From Octopus sinensis (Eukaryota): a stretch of DNA of 64,000 nucleotides. A program made the translations under genes and the position numbers. Positions 39,701-52,406 of the stretch are shown here, piece after piece; position 1 is the first letter of the stretch; each line of letters opens with the position of its first letter. The DNA is taken from positions 21,514,001 through 21,578,000 of the forward strand of contig NC_043003.1 of NCBI RefSeq assembly GCF_006345805.1. The letters are read 5' to 3'. A model generated the notes under the pieces. The model was given only the letters and a program-made list of their open reading frames with translations. It ran no database searches and was not told where the DNA came from.

Positions 39701-42214
39701 GTTATTTCAAAACAGTAGGGGAAGATTTGGTTGTTATTACTAGCACAGCGAGCGATTACGTCGAGATTCACTCTGGTTCACTTCGAAGTAATCTAATGTT
39801 TGCCGTTTCCTCTGATCTTAGTATAGAAATTTTAAAAAAAGTAATTTGTATAGAATTTTTTTTTTTTTATTAATTAAAGTTACAACAGGTGAATAAATGA
39901 ATCTTCTATCTTTTTTTTTAAACTTCGTTTGTATCTTCTTAATTGCATTCTCCAATTGTCAGGTCTTTTGCGGTATTTCGTCTGCCGCTACGTTCTGAGT
40001 TCAAATTCCGCCGAGGTCGACTTTGCCTTTCATCCTTTCGGGGTCGATTAATTAAGTACCAGTTACGCACTGGAGTCGATATAATCGACTTAATCCGTTT
40101 GTCTGTCCTTATTTGTCCCCTCTGTGTTTAGCCCCTTGTGGATAGTAAAGAAATAGGTCTTTAATAAAAAAAAAATTTTTTAAAAAGGATCGTATTCAGT
40201 CTTTGATTTCATGGTATCACAAATGACATTAGTCTTGAGATTGGGTAATAACCTAATTTTAAACGCCTGGAATATAATTGTTCATAGTAACAATTGGTGA
40301 TTTTTTTTATTTTTATTAATCTTATACAATGCAATTCTGTATGATTATCAACAATCACAGCATAAGGGAGTTTCTATGTACTCTCTCTCTCTACCTGTTA
40401 GAATTTGCTGCTAAATATTTCTTGGCTCATAGTTTACCGTCCTAGAAAAAGGAAGACCGCATTGGATAATGGTAGTCCTAGATACCTAAACGAGATATGA
40501 TGGTCTCTGTTGGAAGGCCTTTGATCATAGTTCTGCTCGATCAAGTTTGGCTTGGTGCCAAACCAACGATGGATGCTCCTAACACTTAAACACATCATCT
40601 TTAGCAAAGTTACATTGTTGTTGTTGTTGGTGATAGTTGTAAGTAGGAACAACGGCCGTTGTTATTAGTTATTTCTGCTATATGTAACCAAATCCACGAT
40701 TAACGAAGTTTATACGTAATTCACTCAAAAATATACTCGTTTTATATTTCTAACAGTCCATTGAAGAAAATTATGGGTAATTTAACAAAAACAAATATAC
40801 ACATTTTCTAATATTTTATGCAACAAATTGAAAAATTCGAAAAATAAAAAGTAAACGTGGTATTATCGGTAATGTTAGATTTTTATTTTTATGAAAAGGA
40901 TTCAAAGGTTGGCTGCTTTTGCTATATTTGTGAATTTTCTGATTGTTCAATACAAGAATTCAGTGCTACCATTTCATGCTTCATTCAATTTTTGGATCGT
41001 TTTCAGAAAATCAGTCTTATGCTTTAAGCACTAATTATTTCACTAAAACCACTTGAGGAGAAATCTCTTATTCTCTATCTGAACTAGATACTTTGGGTTC
41101 TGTCAACTCCTTAAAGTATTCTTAGGAGAGGGGCTTGTTATTGCCATCAACGTCTTCAGTTCCCACTTCTTCCAACTTCTCACACCACTTACACAAGGAT
41201 GTTGTTGGTTGAGGTCTATTTTATCCTCAATTTTATGGCCTTCCTTAACCACATTTTCAACATGATTTTTAATCCCAAACCCCATATATTCTTAACTTCT
41301 TTCCCCGGCATCTTAAAATTTTTTTCAGCTTGTTGAATTTTTTCACACTTCTTTGATGTGTATAAGGAATATTTGGCAACTGCAAGCATAGAGGAATCAA
41401 AATCAGATTGCTAAGTTTTGACAATCGGGATTTACTCTGATCCCTTGCAGAAATCGTTGTATTTAGCATAAATGTAACCCACTCAAATATTGATCATGGA
41501 ATGGGGCGATTTTTACCTTGTTTGGAAACAGGTGAGGGTTGGCATCAGGCTATACGAAAAACTTTGCTCCAAGGGTGCTTTCTATCTTTTCCATGCAAGC
41601 ATGGAACAGATAAGAAGCACCCTTGCTGGTGTCACATAAAAAGCACCCATTCTGGAGCCATGTAAAAAGCACTTGTGCTGCTGCCACATTTAAAGCACCT
41701 AGTACTTTACTTTGTAAAGTGGTTGACATAAGTGGAACAGCATTCAGCCATAGAAATCATGCTAAAACAGACAACTGGAGTTTGGTGCAGTTCTTCAGTT
41801 TGCCAAATCCTGTCAAACCATCCAACCCATGCCATCATGGAAAACATGTTAAATGATGATGATAAATTGATGATAATGATGATGACTAAAAGACACAACA
41901 AAATTTGTTTCAATACACAAATTCACATCAAGAATCTTGCAAACCAAAAACAAAAATGAAATAAAATGGTGCTGTTTGTTTCAGTTTCCACATAACCATG
42001 TTTTTTTGCAGTGGACTGCTAAGTAAAATATATATTTATATATTCATTTATTTGTTTTATAAGTATTTTTCCATGCTAACATGGGTATACTGTAGGTGCA
42101 GTATGACCAAATGATTATGAAAATCACCTTGTAACCACAAGGTCTCGTGTTCTGTCCCACTGCTTGGCATCCAGGGTAAACGTCATATCCAATAACTTCA
42201 GGTCAATCTATTCC

Positions 42215-42377
42215 CAGTGGTTCCCAACTTGTGGTCTGTGGAACCTTGATGGTCCATAAAGGTAGTACTGGGGATCCGTGAACATGTTAAGCTGATAGAC
42301 CTTTCAATATCGTGGGGTCTGTTGGAAAACTCTTAAATTAAAGGGGTCCTTAATAGTTAAAACGTTGGGAGCCACTG
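42215..42377. mobile_element. hAT (Charlie-like) MITE
   Basis: TIRs cagtggttcccaac / gttgggagccactg. Related ends near 15940-16326 and 26645-26896. Confidence 0.7.
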
Positions 42378-42490
42378 ATCTATACTATTTTAGCAAAGTA
42401 AAACTGGGTAGACAGGATCTGTATAGAAGCCTGTTATATTTGTAATTCAAAAAGTACAGCCTTGTCACACACTGTATCACATTGATTCTA

Positions 42491-43063
42491 TTGGGTTGTC
42501 CAGAAAGTTCATGCCGATTTATAGTAGCTTACCTTTTGACTTATTTTAGAACATGGTTGAGTCCACAAAATAGGATTTATCTACACTTTCATTTAGAGCA
42601 CAGTTTAAGCTATCTTTTCGTGGAAGAAGGTTTAAGGTTTATGTTCCTATAACCTGTGTTAATTCTGTAACCCTTTAAAATGGAAGATAAGAAAGTTCAT
42701 TTTCGGCACTTGATGCTTTGGGAACCAGACAAAAATTGCTGCAGCTTGGCTGGGATGTGTTACCCCACTCTCCATATTCACCAGATATTGCTCCTTTGGA
42801 TTGCCATTTATTCAGGTCTCTGCAGAATAATCTTAATGATAAAAATTTCAATTCTTTGGATGATGTAAAAAGATACCTTGATGAATTCTTTGTCATGAAA
42901 CCACCTCAATTCTGGGAAGAGGGTATTTTTAAGTTAAAGGAAAGATGAAGACACATTGTGCAACAAAATGGTTCATATTTGGTTGATTAAAAATGTAATG
43001 GCAAGTATTTATTTACCTTTTTCTTTCCTTTAAAAATCGGCTTGAACTTTCCGGACAACCCAA
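42491..43063 (+). mobile_element. Internally deleted mariner element with intact TIRs, nested in a SINE
   Basis: TA|ttgggttgtccagaaagttca...tgaactttccggacaacccaa|TA. Transposase N-terminus MEDKKVHFRHLML joined to C-terminus LPHSPYSPDIAPLDCHLFRSLQN. Confidence 0.92.
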
Positions 43064-43993
43064 TATTTGTGAATTATGTTAAAGGTGATACGTGTCTGTG
43101 GAGTTCTCAACCACTTACAAAATGTGTCAGCTGGTATTCATTTTCAGCTCATTATATTGGAGCTATGTAAAATGAAATGCCTTACTCAAAGACACAATAG
43201 CACTGCCTGGTCCAAGAACCAAACCTATGGCCTTATGGCTATGAGGCCAGTATCCTAACCATTAGCCTATATGCCTTCACTGTAAAGGCAGGTGGGAGAA
43301 CACGGATAAAAATAGTTCAGATGTTATTTTACTCACTGCAGAAAGGTTGAAAAACAGATATCACTTTGATGTATAGCTACAGATATTGTTACATTGTAAA
43401 TGGACTTGCTCCAACAATTCATGCACAAATATACGAGACTTTGGTAAAAAAAAAAAAAAAAGAAAAGAAAAAAGAAAAAAAAGAAGAAAAATCATAATAT
43501 GAAATGAAGACTTCAGAAAACATAACAATTTACCAAATAGTGGAAGGGACAAAGAGGTCAAATAGAATTTCTTAATTTATACTTTAAATGTCAGGAAAAT
43601 AATAGGAATCGAATGAAAAACATGTGGAATTGTGTTTTACTTCAGACTCGTCTAATCCGGATTATCAGGTGCAGGTTATTCAGTTGATCAAGCAGCTGAC
43701 TCATCATTATTGAATATATGATGGAATCGATCCATCCATCCAATATTTGAAAGGGATCGCAAGGGTATGAACGTAATAGAGCAAAAGAAAAAAAAAATGA
43801 ATATGATAAACTGGAATGTTTATTCTGCTGTGTTGTAAGAAGTTTGCTTCCTACCATGTGGTCCTGGGTTCAGTCCCATTGTGTGGCACCTAGGACAAGT
43901 GTCTTCTATTATAGCCTCACGCTGACAAAAGCCTTGTGAGTGGATTTGGTTGACAGAAACTGAAAGAAGTCCATCATATATGTGTGTGTGTGT

Positions 43994-44318
43994 GTGAAGG
44001 CACATGGCTTAGTGGTTAGGGCATTCGGCTCAGGATTGTCAGGTCGTGAGTTCAATTCCCAACGATGTGTTGTGTCCTTGAGCAAGACACTTTATTTCAT
44101 GTTGCTCCAGTCCACTCAGCTGGCAAAAATGAGTTGTACCTGTATTTCAAAAGTCCAGCCTTGTTTCACATTGTGTCATGCTGAATCTCCCTGAGAACTA
44201 CGTTAGGGGTATACGTGTCTGTGGATTGCTCAGCCACTTGCATGTTAATTTCACAAGCAAGCTTTCTGTTGGTCATATCAGCTGAGACCCTCCTCGTCTT
44301 AACTGACGGAGTGCTCCT
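43994..44318 (+). mobile_element. SINE family D (head gtgaaggc.catggcttagtggttaggg); copies ~22963-23203(-), 29310-29540(+), 31990-32108(-), 32173-32494(-), 63912-64000(+)
   Basis: tRNA-like head, core gtgtccttgagcaagacactttatttca..ttgctccagtccactcagctggcaaaaatgagt. Confidence 0.8.
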
Positions 44319-45705
44319 ACAATATGTGTGTATGTGTGCGCGTGCCTGTCCCACCACTGATTGACAACCAATGTTGGTATGTTTACATTCCCATTATCTA
44401 GCAGTTCAGCAAAAGATATAAGTACTAAACTCAAATAAAAGAAAATAATATATACTGGGGTTGATTCATTTTGACTAAAAATCCTTCAAGGCAGTGCTCC
44501 AACATGGTCGCAGTCTAATGACCGAAACCAGTAAAAGCTTAAAAATAAAGCTGAGATTGAGCTTTGCATTCTTACATCAGTCATTTTCAGTGCTTTCTTT
44601 TGCCATGATAATTTGGATTGGATGTATCTGCAATATGGCGCAACGCCACAGTTTTTTTCCAATCAGTTGCTATAACTGTCCTGTCGTTTAAATTTAATCA
44701 ACTTAGAAAATATTATTTGGCCTTAGAAAATAGTATTTAGGCGTAGGAGTAGCTGTGTGGTAAGTAGCTTGCTTACCAACCACATGGTTCCGTGTTCAGT
44801 CCCACTGCGTGGCACCTTGGGCAAGTGTCTTCTACTATAGCCCCGGGCCAGCCAAAGCCTTGTGAGTGGATTTGGTAGGCGGAAACTGAAAGAAGCCTAT
44901 TGTATATATGTATATGTTTATGTGTCTGTGTTTGTCCCCCCAACATCGCTTGACAACCGATACTGGTGTGTTTACATCCCTGTAACTTAGCGGTTCGGCA
45001 AAAGAGACCGACAGAATAAGTACTAGGCTTACAAAGAATAAGACCTGGGGTCGATTTGCTCGACTAGAGGCGGTGCTCCAGCATGGCCACAATCAAATGA
45101 CTGAAACAAGTTAAGAGAAAGAGAGCCTCTAAGATCCATTCACTGCTTTTTTCCCTTCCTCAGTTTTGTAAACTGCCATGCTTTTTCTGAAGCTTTCATT
45201 TTGTATTTTTTTTTTTTACCTTTTAACCACAAATATATTTCGGTATGAATTGTTGGAGCCAGTCCATTTACAGTGTAACAACATCTCTGCAGCTATATAC
45301 ACTGATGTGGTATCTATTTTTTCAGCTTGACTGCAGCAACTAGAATAACATCTCAATGTATGTGTCTATTTTTCTATGTTTACTCACCACCTTTTTTTCT
45401 TTTACTGTAAAAGTATGTAGCCTTGTGGTAAGTATGTTGGGCTCACAATCATGAGGTTTTGGGTTTGAGTGTTGAACTGGGTTGGTGGGTACTTTGTATT
45501 TTATACTTGTTTCAGACATTTGACTTTGGCCAAGCTAGGGCACCGCTTTGAAATTTTAGTCAAATGTTTCAACCCCAGTACTTACTTTTTCTTTTTAAAG
45601 TCTGGTACTTACTTTATCAGTCTCTTTTACTGGACTGCTAAGTTACGGGGACATTAACAACACACCGACACTAGTTGTCAAGTGTTGTGTGGGGACAAAC
45701 TCCTA

Positions 45706-46567
45706 TGTAGCCTGATCAATAAGTATCCGGACTGTTGCCATAGTAACGAAGCTAAAGCACAGAGAGTGAAGCTGCCTGGCACAGATTGACCTTGAACTCT
45801 GCTGTGCATGCATAATAAGTTTTAACGTTCTAGTTTACTTCCATTTTTTACTGCAATGCTTGGAAGGAAGGTGTGTAGCGTGTGCTCGTCGCATTGACCA
45901 TGACAGAGGAAGTTGAGCAGAGAATCTGCATCAAATTTTGCCAAAGGCTTGGTGATACCTGCTGAGAGGCCTATGCAAAGTTTTCATCATTCTCGACTCA
46001 GTCAAGGAGATCTTGTGCAACTGAAACCCGTGTTTCTTTTTGGTCAGGTGAAAGCAGTTTTGGCACAAACTTGGCAGGCATGTGTCTCATACACAAATCT
46101 TCAGTGATAATAGATTGAACTGAACTGTAATTAATCTGCACATCCTCTGATAACTCACAGATGGTGATTCGACGATTTCCCCTCATAGATACACGCACAT
46201 CTGCAATGTTTTACTCACTTCTGCTGGTTGAAGGTCTCCCAGAACGTTCGTCAATACCAACACTTTTTCGGCCATCTTGGAAACGTCTGAACCACTCGTA
46301 CACTTGTGTGTGGCTCATACACTTTCTACAACTTTGTGGAGGCCTCTGAGCAGGTATGACAACTTTCTCTGTCATGGTCAATGCAACTATCACATGCTAC
46401 ACACCTTCCTTCCAAGCACTATTGTAAACAGCAGAAGTGAGCTAGAATGTTAAAACTTAGTGCATATGCACAGCAGAGCTCAAGGTCAATCTGTGTCAAA
46501 CAGCTTCACTATGCATGCTTTAGCTTCATTACTATAGCAACAGCCTGGATAATTATTGATCAGACCT

Positions 46568-46569
<2 letters not shown>
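45706..46569. mobile_element. Mariner derivative made of two inverted 5' halves
   Basis: Left arm (+) encodes MTEEVEQRICIKFCQRLG from 45900. Right arm (-) encodes TQVYEWFRRFQDGRKS..DERSGRPSTS..AKFVPKLLSPDQK. Both ends read ctgatcaataa.tatcc.g.ctgttgc.atagtaa.gaagctaaagca inward. Confidence 0.85.
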
Positions 46570-46608
<39 letters not shown>

Positions 46609-46909
46609 AGCAGAGTTAGCAGTTGGAATAATCATCTAAGGGATAAGAATATCCATTCTTACTACTGGTATCATTTACCTATGTTAACCCTGGGCATGGG
46701 TATGCAAGCACCCTATACCCATAGTGTACAGGTAATAACAAAATAAACAAAAGTTTATCAGGAATCAAATTTAAATAAGCAGAAAATGGAAAAAACTTCT
46801 GATCTACAAACAAACAAATTGACCAACATCAGTTAATTATTTTTTAATACAAAACATTACATAATATATATATATATATATAATACAAATAAGAAAATGG
46901 AGGAACAGA

Positions 46910-47189
46910 TTCCTTTCAATCATCGACTTACAGATATTACCAATTCATATTATTTATTAACTACTTAAATAGGAACATCCAAATCCAACAGAATAAAACA
47001 ATATACATCAATAAGTAAGATAATACCATAAAAATAATATACATATTATTTTTTATGTGTATTATTTTTATGGTATTATCTTACTTATTGATGTATATTG
47101 TTTTATTCTGTTGGATTTGGATGTTCCTATTTAAGTAGTTAATGAATAATATGAATTGATAATATCTGTAAGTCGATGATTGAAAGGAA
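46910..47189. repeat. Palindrome: 136-bp arms, 8-nt loop (47046-47053)
   Basis: Hand alignment: 133/136 complementary, no indels. Confidence 0.97.
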
Positions 47190-47190
47190 G

Positions 47191-48460
47191 CCAACCCTAA
47201 CCTTACTTACGGCATCTCTGTACATGGCTTGCACAGTCCTCACCAGCCATTCATCTATCCCTAGTTTCCTCATTGACCACCAGATAAGGGATCGGGGGAC
47301 CCTATCAAAAGCTTTCTCCATGTCAACGAAAGCCAGGTACAGGGGCTTATCTTTGGCTAGGTATTTCTCCTGCAGCTGCCTTACCAGGAATGGTACTTTT
47401 TCCTGGCACGAACCCAAACTGCATCTCATCTAAACTAACTCTCTCTCTAATTAGTTGGGCTATGACCCTCTCCGTAACCTTCATTACTTGATCCAACAGC
47501 TTGATACCTCTGTAATTATTTGTATCTAGGGCATCACCTTTACCTTTGTAGCAGTTGACTAGTATGCTGCTGCACCAGTCATTGGGTATGACTCCTTCGT
47601 GTATCACCTGGTTGACTATACGGGTGACTAGGTTATAGCCGACACTGCCAGATATTTTGAGCATCTCTGCAGTAATTCCTGATGGGCCTGGGGCTTTCCC
47701 TGTCTTCATGCTTCTAATTGCCTTAGCTACCATGGAACTATCAACTCGGATAGCTGGTCCCTCTGTAGGGTCAACATTCGGCAGACTCTCTTTATCCCAT
47801 TCATTTTCCTCATTCAGTAACCTTTCATAGTGGCGTCTCCAAGCTTCTCTCTTTGCATCCTCATTTAGCGCAAGTGAACCATCCTCCATGCGAACACATT
47901 TCTCTCCTACCACATCACGATTCTCTCTCACACACTGTCTTGCAACACGAAATACCTCAAGTCTTTCATCCTCACGGCGCAGGACATTGGCAAATTTTCT
48001 CTTATCTGCTTCCCCTCTGGCTAGATAGACCTGTCTCCTAGCTTCCCTTCTGGCAGTCTGATACCCTTCCCTGCTACCACCGTTCTTCCAGGCCTTCCAA
48101 GCCTGTTTCTTTTGTCTAATAGCCCTGTCAACAATATTGTTCCACCACCACGTTATTTTGGGTCTTAAGGGGACTTTGCACCAGCCACAGATCTGGTCAG
48201 CGGCTTTCAGCAGGTTGTCCCTCAGAAACGTCCAGTTGTCTTCTACCCCATGTGTAGCTATACCCCCTTCCACTTCGTCAAAGGCTTCAAGTAACATATC
48301 TCTAAATCTCTGTCCATTCGCAGGGCTTTAAGCTTCCAGACCCTTCTTCTCCATGTTGGTCGTCTTCTAGTCGCCCTCTTAGTCCTGATCCTAAAGTCAC
48401 TAACTACCAGTCTATGTTGTGGGGTGCATTCTTCGCCTGGGAAGGTTTTGGCATTTTTAA
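47191..48460 (-). mobile_element. RTE-clade LINE fragment (endonuclease-RT linker and N-terminal RT), frameshifted and truncated
   Basis: ORFs 47347-48297 and 47139-47429: WWWN..., KAPGPSGITAEMLK, KGKGDALDTNNYRGIKLL, QFGFVPGKST, LYLAFVDMEKAFDRVPR. Confidence 0.93.
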
Positions 48461-48504
48461 GCAGCCATCTTTCCCTTTTTCTGGCAAGGATGTAGTCGAT
48501 TTGG

Positions 48505-49524
48505 CTATATATATAAAACTGAGAATGTGTGTCTGTCTGTCTGTTTCCCTAAAACTTGAGAACTACACAACCAATTTCATTCAAATTTTACGCATGCCTT
48601 ACTTAGGGTCCATGTAGTTTCATGGGCAAAAGAAATGTTCAACTTCTTGCCTAGAGCGAGCCCATAGCAATATCATATCTTCTCCACTATTTCAGTATTA
48701 TGTGTTAAAAGTGAAAAAAAAAAAACATTTCTCTATTTTATGTCAGATACTTTCACTTTAACAATAAAAATAATAATAACAATTGAAATATATGTAGCAA
48801 GTAATAATTAAAATCAAACTAAAGTATAATCGTAACATAACAAAAGTAAAAATAGCAATTGGTATAAAATTGCGTCAATGACTTGAACTTGAATAAGTGG
48901 TTTCACATGAATGGGAATGAATTAAAAATAAAATTAGCATGCAGAAATGGAATAGTCCAGATGGATAATAAAAAATTAAATTAAAGAAAAGACTATTGTC
49001 TATAAAGTATACAATGTAGAGAAAAAAGATTTGAACACCTGGAGGAAAGCACCATCGAAAAGTGTCTTGGTGCGACTATGAAAGATATTTAACCAGAGGC
49101 AGTAAATTCGCCACAATAGAAGCAAGGTTCGAGTCAACGGAGCATGCAAGGGAGTACTCGACTCAAACTTGCAAAGTGGAAATATTTTATTTTTACCTTT
49201 ATATCTGGGACGTAGGACGTGCCGGATAAAAATTAAAAATGCCCCCCCCCCCAGAAGTTGAGGTAGGCTGGATTGTAGCCACACTTCTATACAAGAGGGA
49301 GGACAAGATACAATTGATCAAAATTGCAAGAGACAGGCTTACAATTCCAGTCTGTTATATATTTTGAGTATTGTTGTCACTAGCGATATCAAGATATAAC
49401 TTTGTATTTTGTATTTTATGTGTAGATGTATATATATAGATGTACATGTAATATGTACACATATATATACACATATATACATGCACTAGCACTATGACCT
49501 GGCAACAACGGGTCATAATGCTAG
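48505..49524 (+). mobile_element. Helitron-like element (~1 kb)
   Basis: ctatatatataaaactgagaatgtgtgtctgtctgtctg leader; 3' hairpin tatgacc...ggtcata then CTAG|T. Confidence 0.65.
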
Positions 49525-49612
49525 TATATATATACTAGTCGCCATGATAGATTGTTAGCCACTACACACATTTTTTTCTCTCCTTTTTTCTCTCCTTGTT
49601 TTTTCTGTATAC

Positions 49613-49648
49613 CTTTCTGTAGAAGAGCGTAGGCTCGAAACGTAAAAG
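49613..49648 (+). ncRNA. Minimal type I hammerhead-ribozyme-like motif (variant core), probable Penelope-like element tail
   Basis: cuuu-CUGUAGAA-gagc(guag)gcuc-GAAAC-GUA^-aaag: stem I cuuu/aaag, stem II 4 bp, palindromic ACGU stem III. Confidence 0.5.
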
Positions 49649-49735
49649 ACTTTTTCTATTCCTGAACGTTATACTAATACATCTGTTTGTTTTGTATACC
49701 ACTTGTCTTTGTCTTTTGTTTTTTTAGTAAACTTT

Positions 49736-49814
<79 letters not shown>

Positions 49815-50054
49815 CAATAAGAAAATGGCGGGATCAATAGGTTCTTCATCAATTTTTAGACATTATATTATGTCAACTTATTTATTTATTTACTAAAATG
49901 ACAATTACAAGAATATACATACATGTATAACATATACATTACAAATAAGATATATTAATATATAAAGATACCAGTAATTATTAAAATATAACATACAGGA
50001 ATATAAATTGGGAAAATATCTTACAACTGTTCCAGCCAAGAGGCAAAAATACAT

Positions 50055-50099
<45 letters not shown>

Positions 50100-50109
<10 letters not shown>

Positions 50110-52230
50110 TTATGATGGGCTCCTTTCAGTTTCCATCTACCAAATCCACTCACAAGGCTTTGATCAGCCCAAGGCTGTAGTAGAAGAGAATTGCCCAAGG
50201 TGCCATGCAATGGGACTGAACCTGAAATCATGTGGTTGGGAAGCCAGCTTCTTACCACAGCCATGCCTGTACCTTTGAGCCAGGCTCTTCATTTTACATT
50301 GCTCCAGCTGTCGTATCCCCAATGTCTCTCTAGGTCAAAGCTGGGAGGGTAGAGAAGGTGCCTATATCTGCTTGTGACCACAGAGGCACTTAAAACTATT
50401 GGCAAAAGTGTGGTACTTACTCACTACTAAGTCATATATGGTGTCAGATATTCTTTTTTTTTTTTGCTTGTTTTAGTCATTAGACTGCGGCCATGCTGGG
50501 GTACCACATTGAAGAACATAAGTCAAATGAAACAACTCCAGTACTTATTTTAGTTTTTAAATTTTGTACTTATTCTATCAGTCTATTTTGCCAAACCACT
50601 AAGTTATGGGGACATAGACAAACCAGCACTGGTTGTCAAGCAGTGGTGGGGGACAAACACAGGCCCAAACGCAAGTACATAAATATATATACATATGACA
50701 TTCTTCTTACAGTTTCCATCTACCAAATCCACTCATAAGACTTTGGTCAGCCTGACGCTATAGTGGAAGACATTTGCCCAATGTGTCACATTGTGGGGCT
50801 GAACCTGGAACCATGTGTTTATGAATGAGAAAGGAAGGGGTGAACGTTTCAACTCTGTGTGAATATATGTGTGTATATGTAAAGGGAGGTGCATGCGTGC
50901 ATGTGCAATGAAAGTGGAATGGATCATCTTTATTCACTTAATATTTGGGTTATCTTTTGATTTGATTGAATCTTGGTTTTTTTTATGTTGTTGGTCAGTT
51001 ATTTTTAGTGTTTTGACAGAAAAAAGTCATTCTAAAATTGTTTTTTAACGTAATCGTGCCCAAACAAGTCGAATGCTTACACAGAGCAGGTTTTACAGCC
51101 ACATCATCCAAACCGACTGGGTGAAACCGGGCTTAGCTGCTAGTATATATACACATAAATATATATATATTATGATGGGCTCCTTTCAGTTTCCATCTAC
51201 CAAATCCACTCACAAGGCTTTGATCAGCCCAAGGCTGTAGTAGAAGAGAATTGCCCAAGGTGCCATGCAATGGGACTGAACCTGAAATCATGTGGTTGGG
51301 AAGCCAGCTTCTTACCACACAGCCATGCCTGTACCTTTGAGCCAGGCTCTTCATTTTACATTGCTCCAGCTGTCGTATCCCCAATGTCTCTCTAGGTCAA
51401 AGCTGGGAGGGTAGAGAAGGTGCCTATATCTGCTTGTGACCACAGAGGCACTTAAAACTATTGGCAAAAGTGTGGTACTTACTCACTACTAAGTCATATA
51501 TGGTGTCAGATATTCTTTTTTTTTTTTGCTTGTTTTAGTCATTAGACTGCGGCCATGCTGGGGTACCACATTGAAGAACATAAGTCAAATGAAACAACTC
51601 CAGTACTTATTTTAGTTTTTAAATTTTGTACTTATTCTATCAGTCTATTTTGCCAAACCACTAAGTTATGGGGACATAGACAAACCAGCACTGGTTGTCA
51701 AGCAGTGGTGGGGGACAAACACAGGCCCAAACGCAAGTACATAAATATATATACATATGACATTCTTCTTACAGTTTCCATCTACCAAATCCACTCATAA
51801 GACTTTGGTCAGCCTGACGCTATAGTGGAAGACATTTGCCCAATGTGTCACATTGTGGGGCTGAACCTGGAACCATGTGTTTATGAATGAGAAAGGAAGG
51901 GGTGAACGTTTCAACTCTGTGTGAATATATGTGTGTATATGTAAAGGGAGGTGCATGCGTGCATGTGCAATGAAAGTGGAATGGATCATCTTTATTCACT
52001 TAATATTTGGGTTTATCTTTTGATTTGATTGAATCTTGGTTTTTTTTATGTTGTTGGTCAGTTATTTTTAGTGTTTTGACAGAAAAAAGTCATTCTAAAA
52101 TTGTTTTTTAACGTAATCGTGCCCAAACAAGTCGAATGCTTACACAGAGCAGGTTTTACAGCCACATCATCCAAACCGACTGGGTGAAACCGGGCTTAGC
52201 TGCTAGTATATATACACATAAATATATATA
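50100..52230 (+). repeat. Near-perfect tandem duplication of ~1.06 kb
   Basis: Identical ORFs at 50493/51555 and 50733/51795 (offset 1062); junctions lie in (TA)n tracts. Confidence 0.97.
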
Positions 52231-52343
52231 TATATATATATAGGTAAAAATGGTAAGATAACAAAAGAAAGAAAGAGACCTCAATATTATGTAAATAGAG
52301 GAATTTATCTGTAAAATAATATGTGAGAGTTATTCAGTAGCCA

Positions 52344-52406
52344 AGATAAAACTCCGAGTTTCAGATGCCGAGGTGGAAATCCACACCACCATCTCTTCGG
52401 TTATCT
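52344..52406 (-). ncRNA. Type I hammerhead-ribozyme-like motif (variant core), probable Penelope-like element tail
   Basis: agauaa-CCGAAGA-gaug..gugga uu uccac..cauc-u-GAA-acucggagu-U^-uuaucu: perfect 6-bp stem I, long stem II, quasi-palindromic stem III. Confidence 0.5.
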
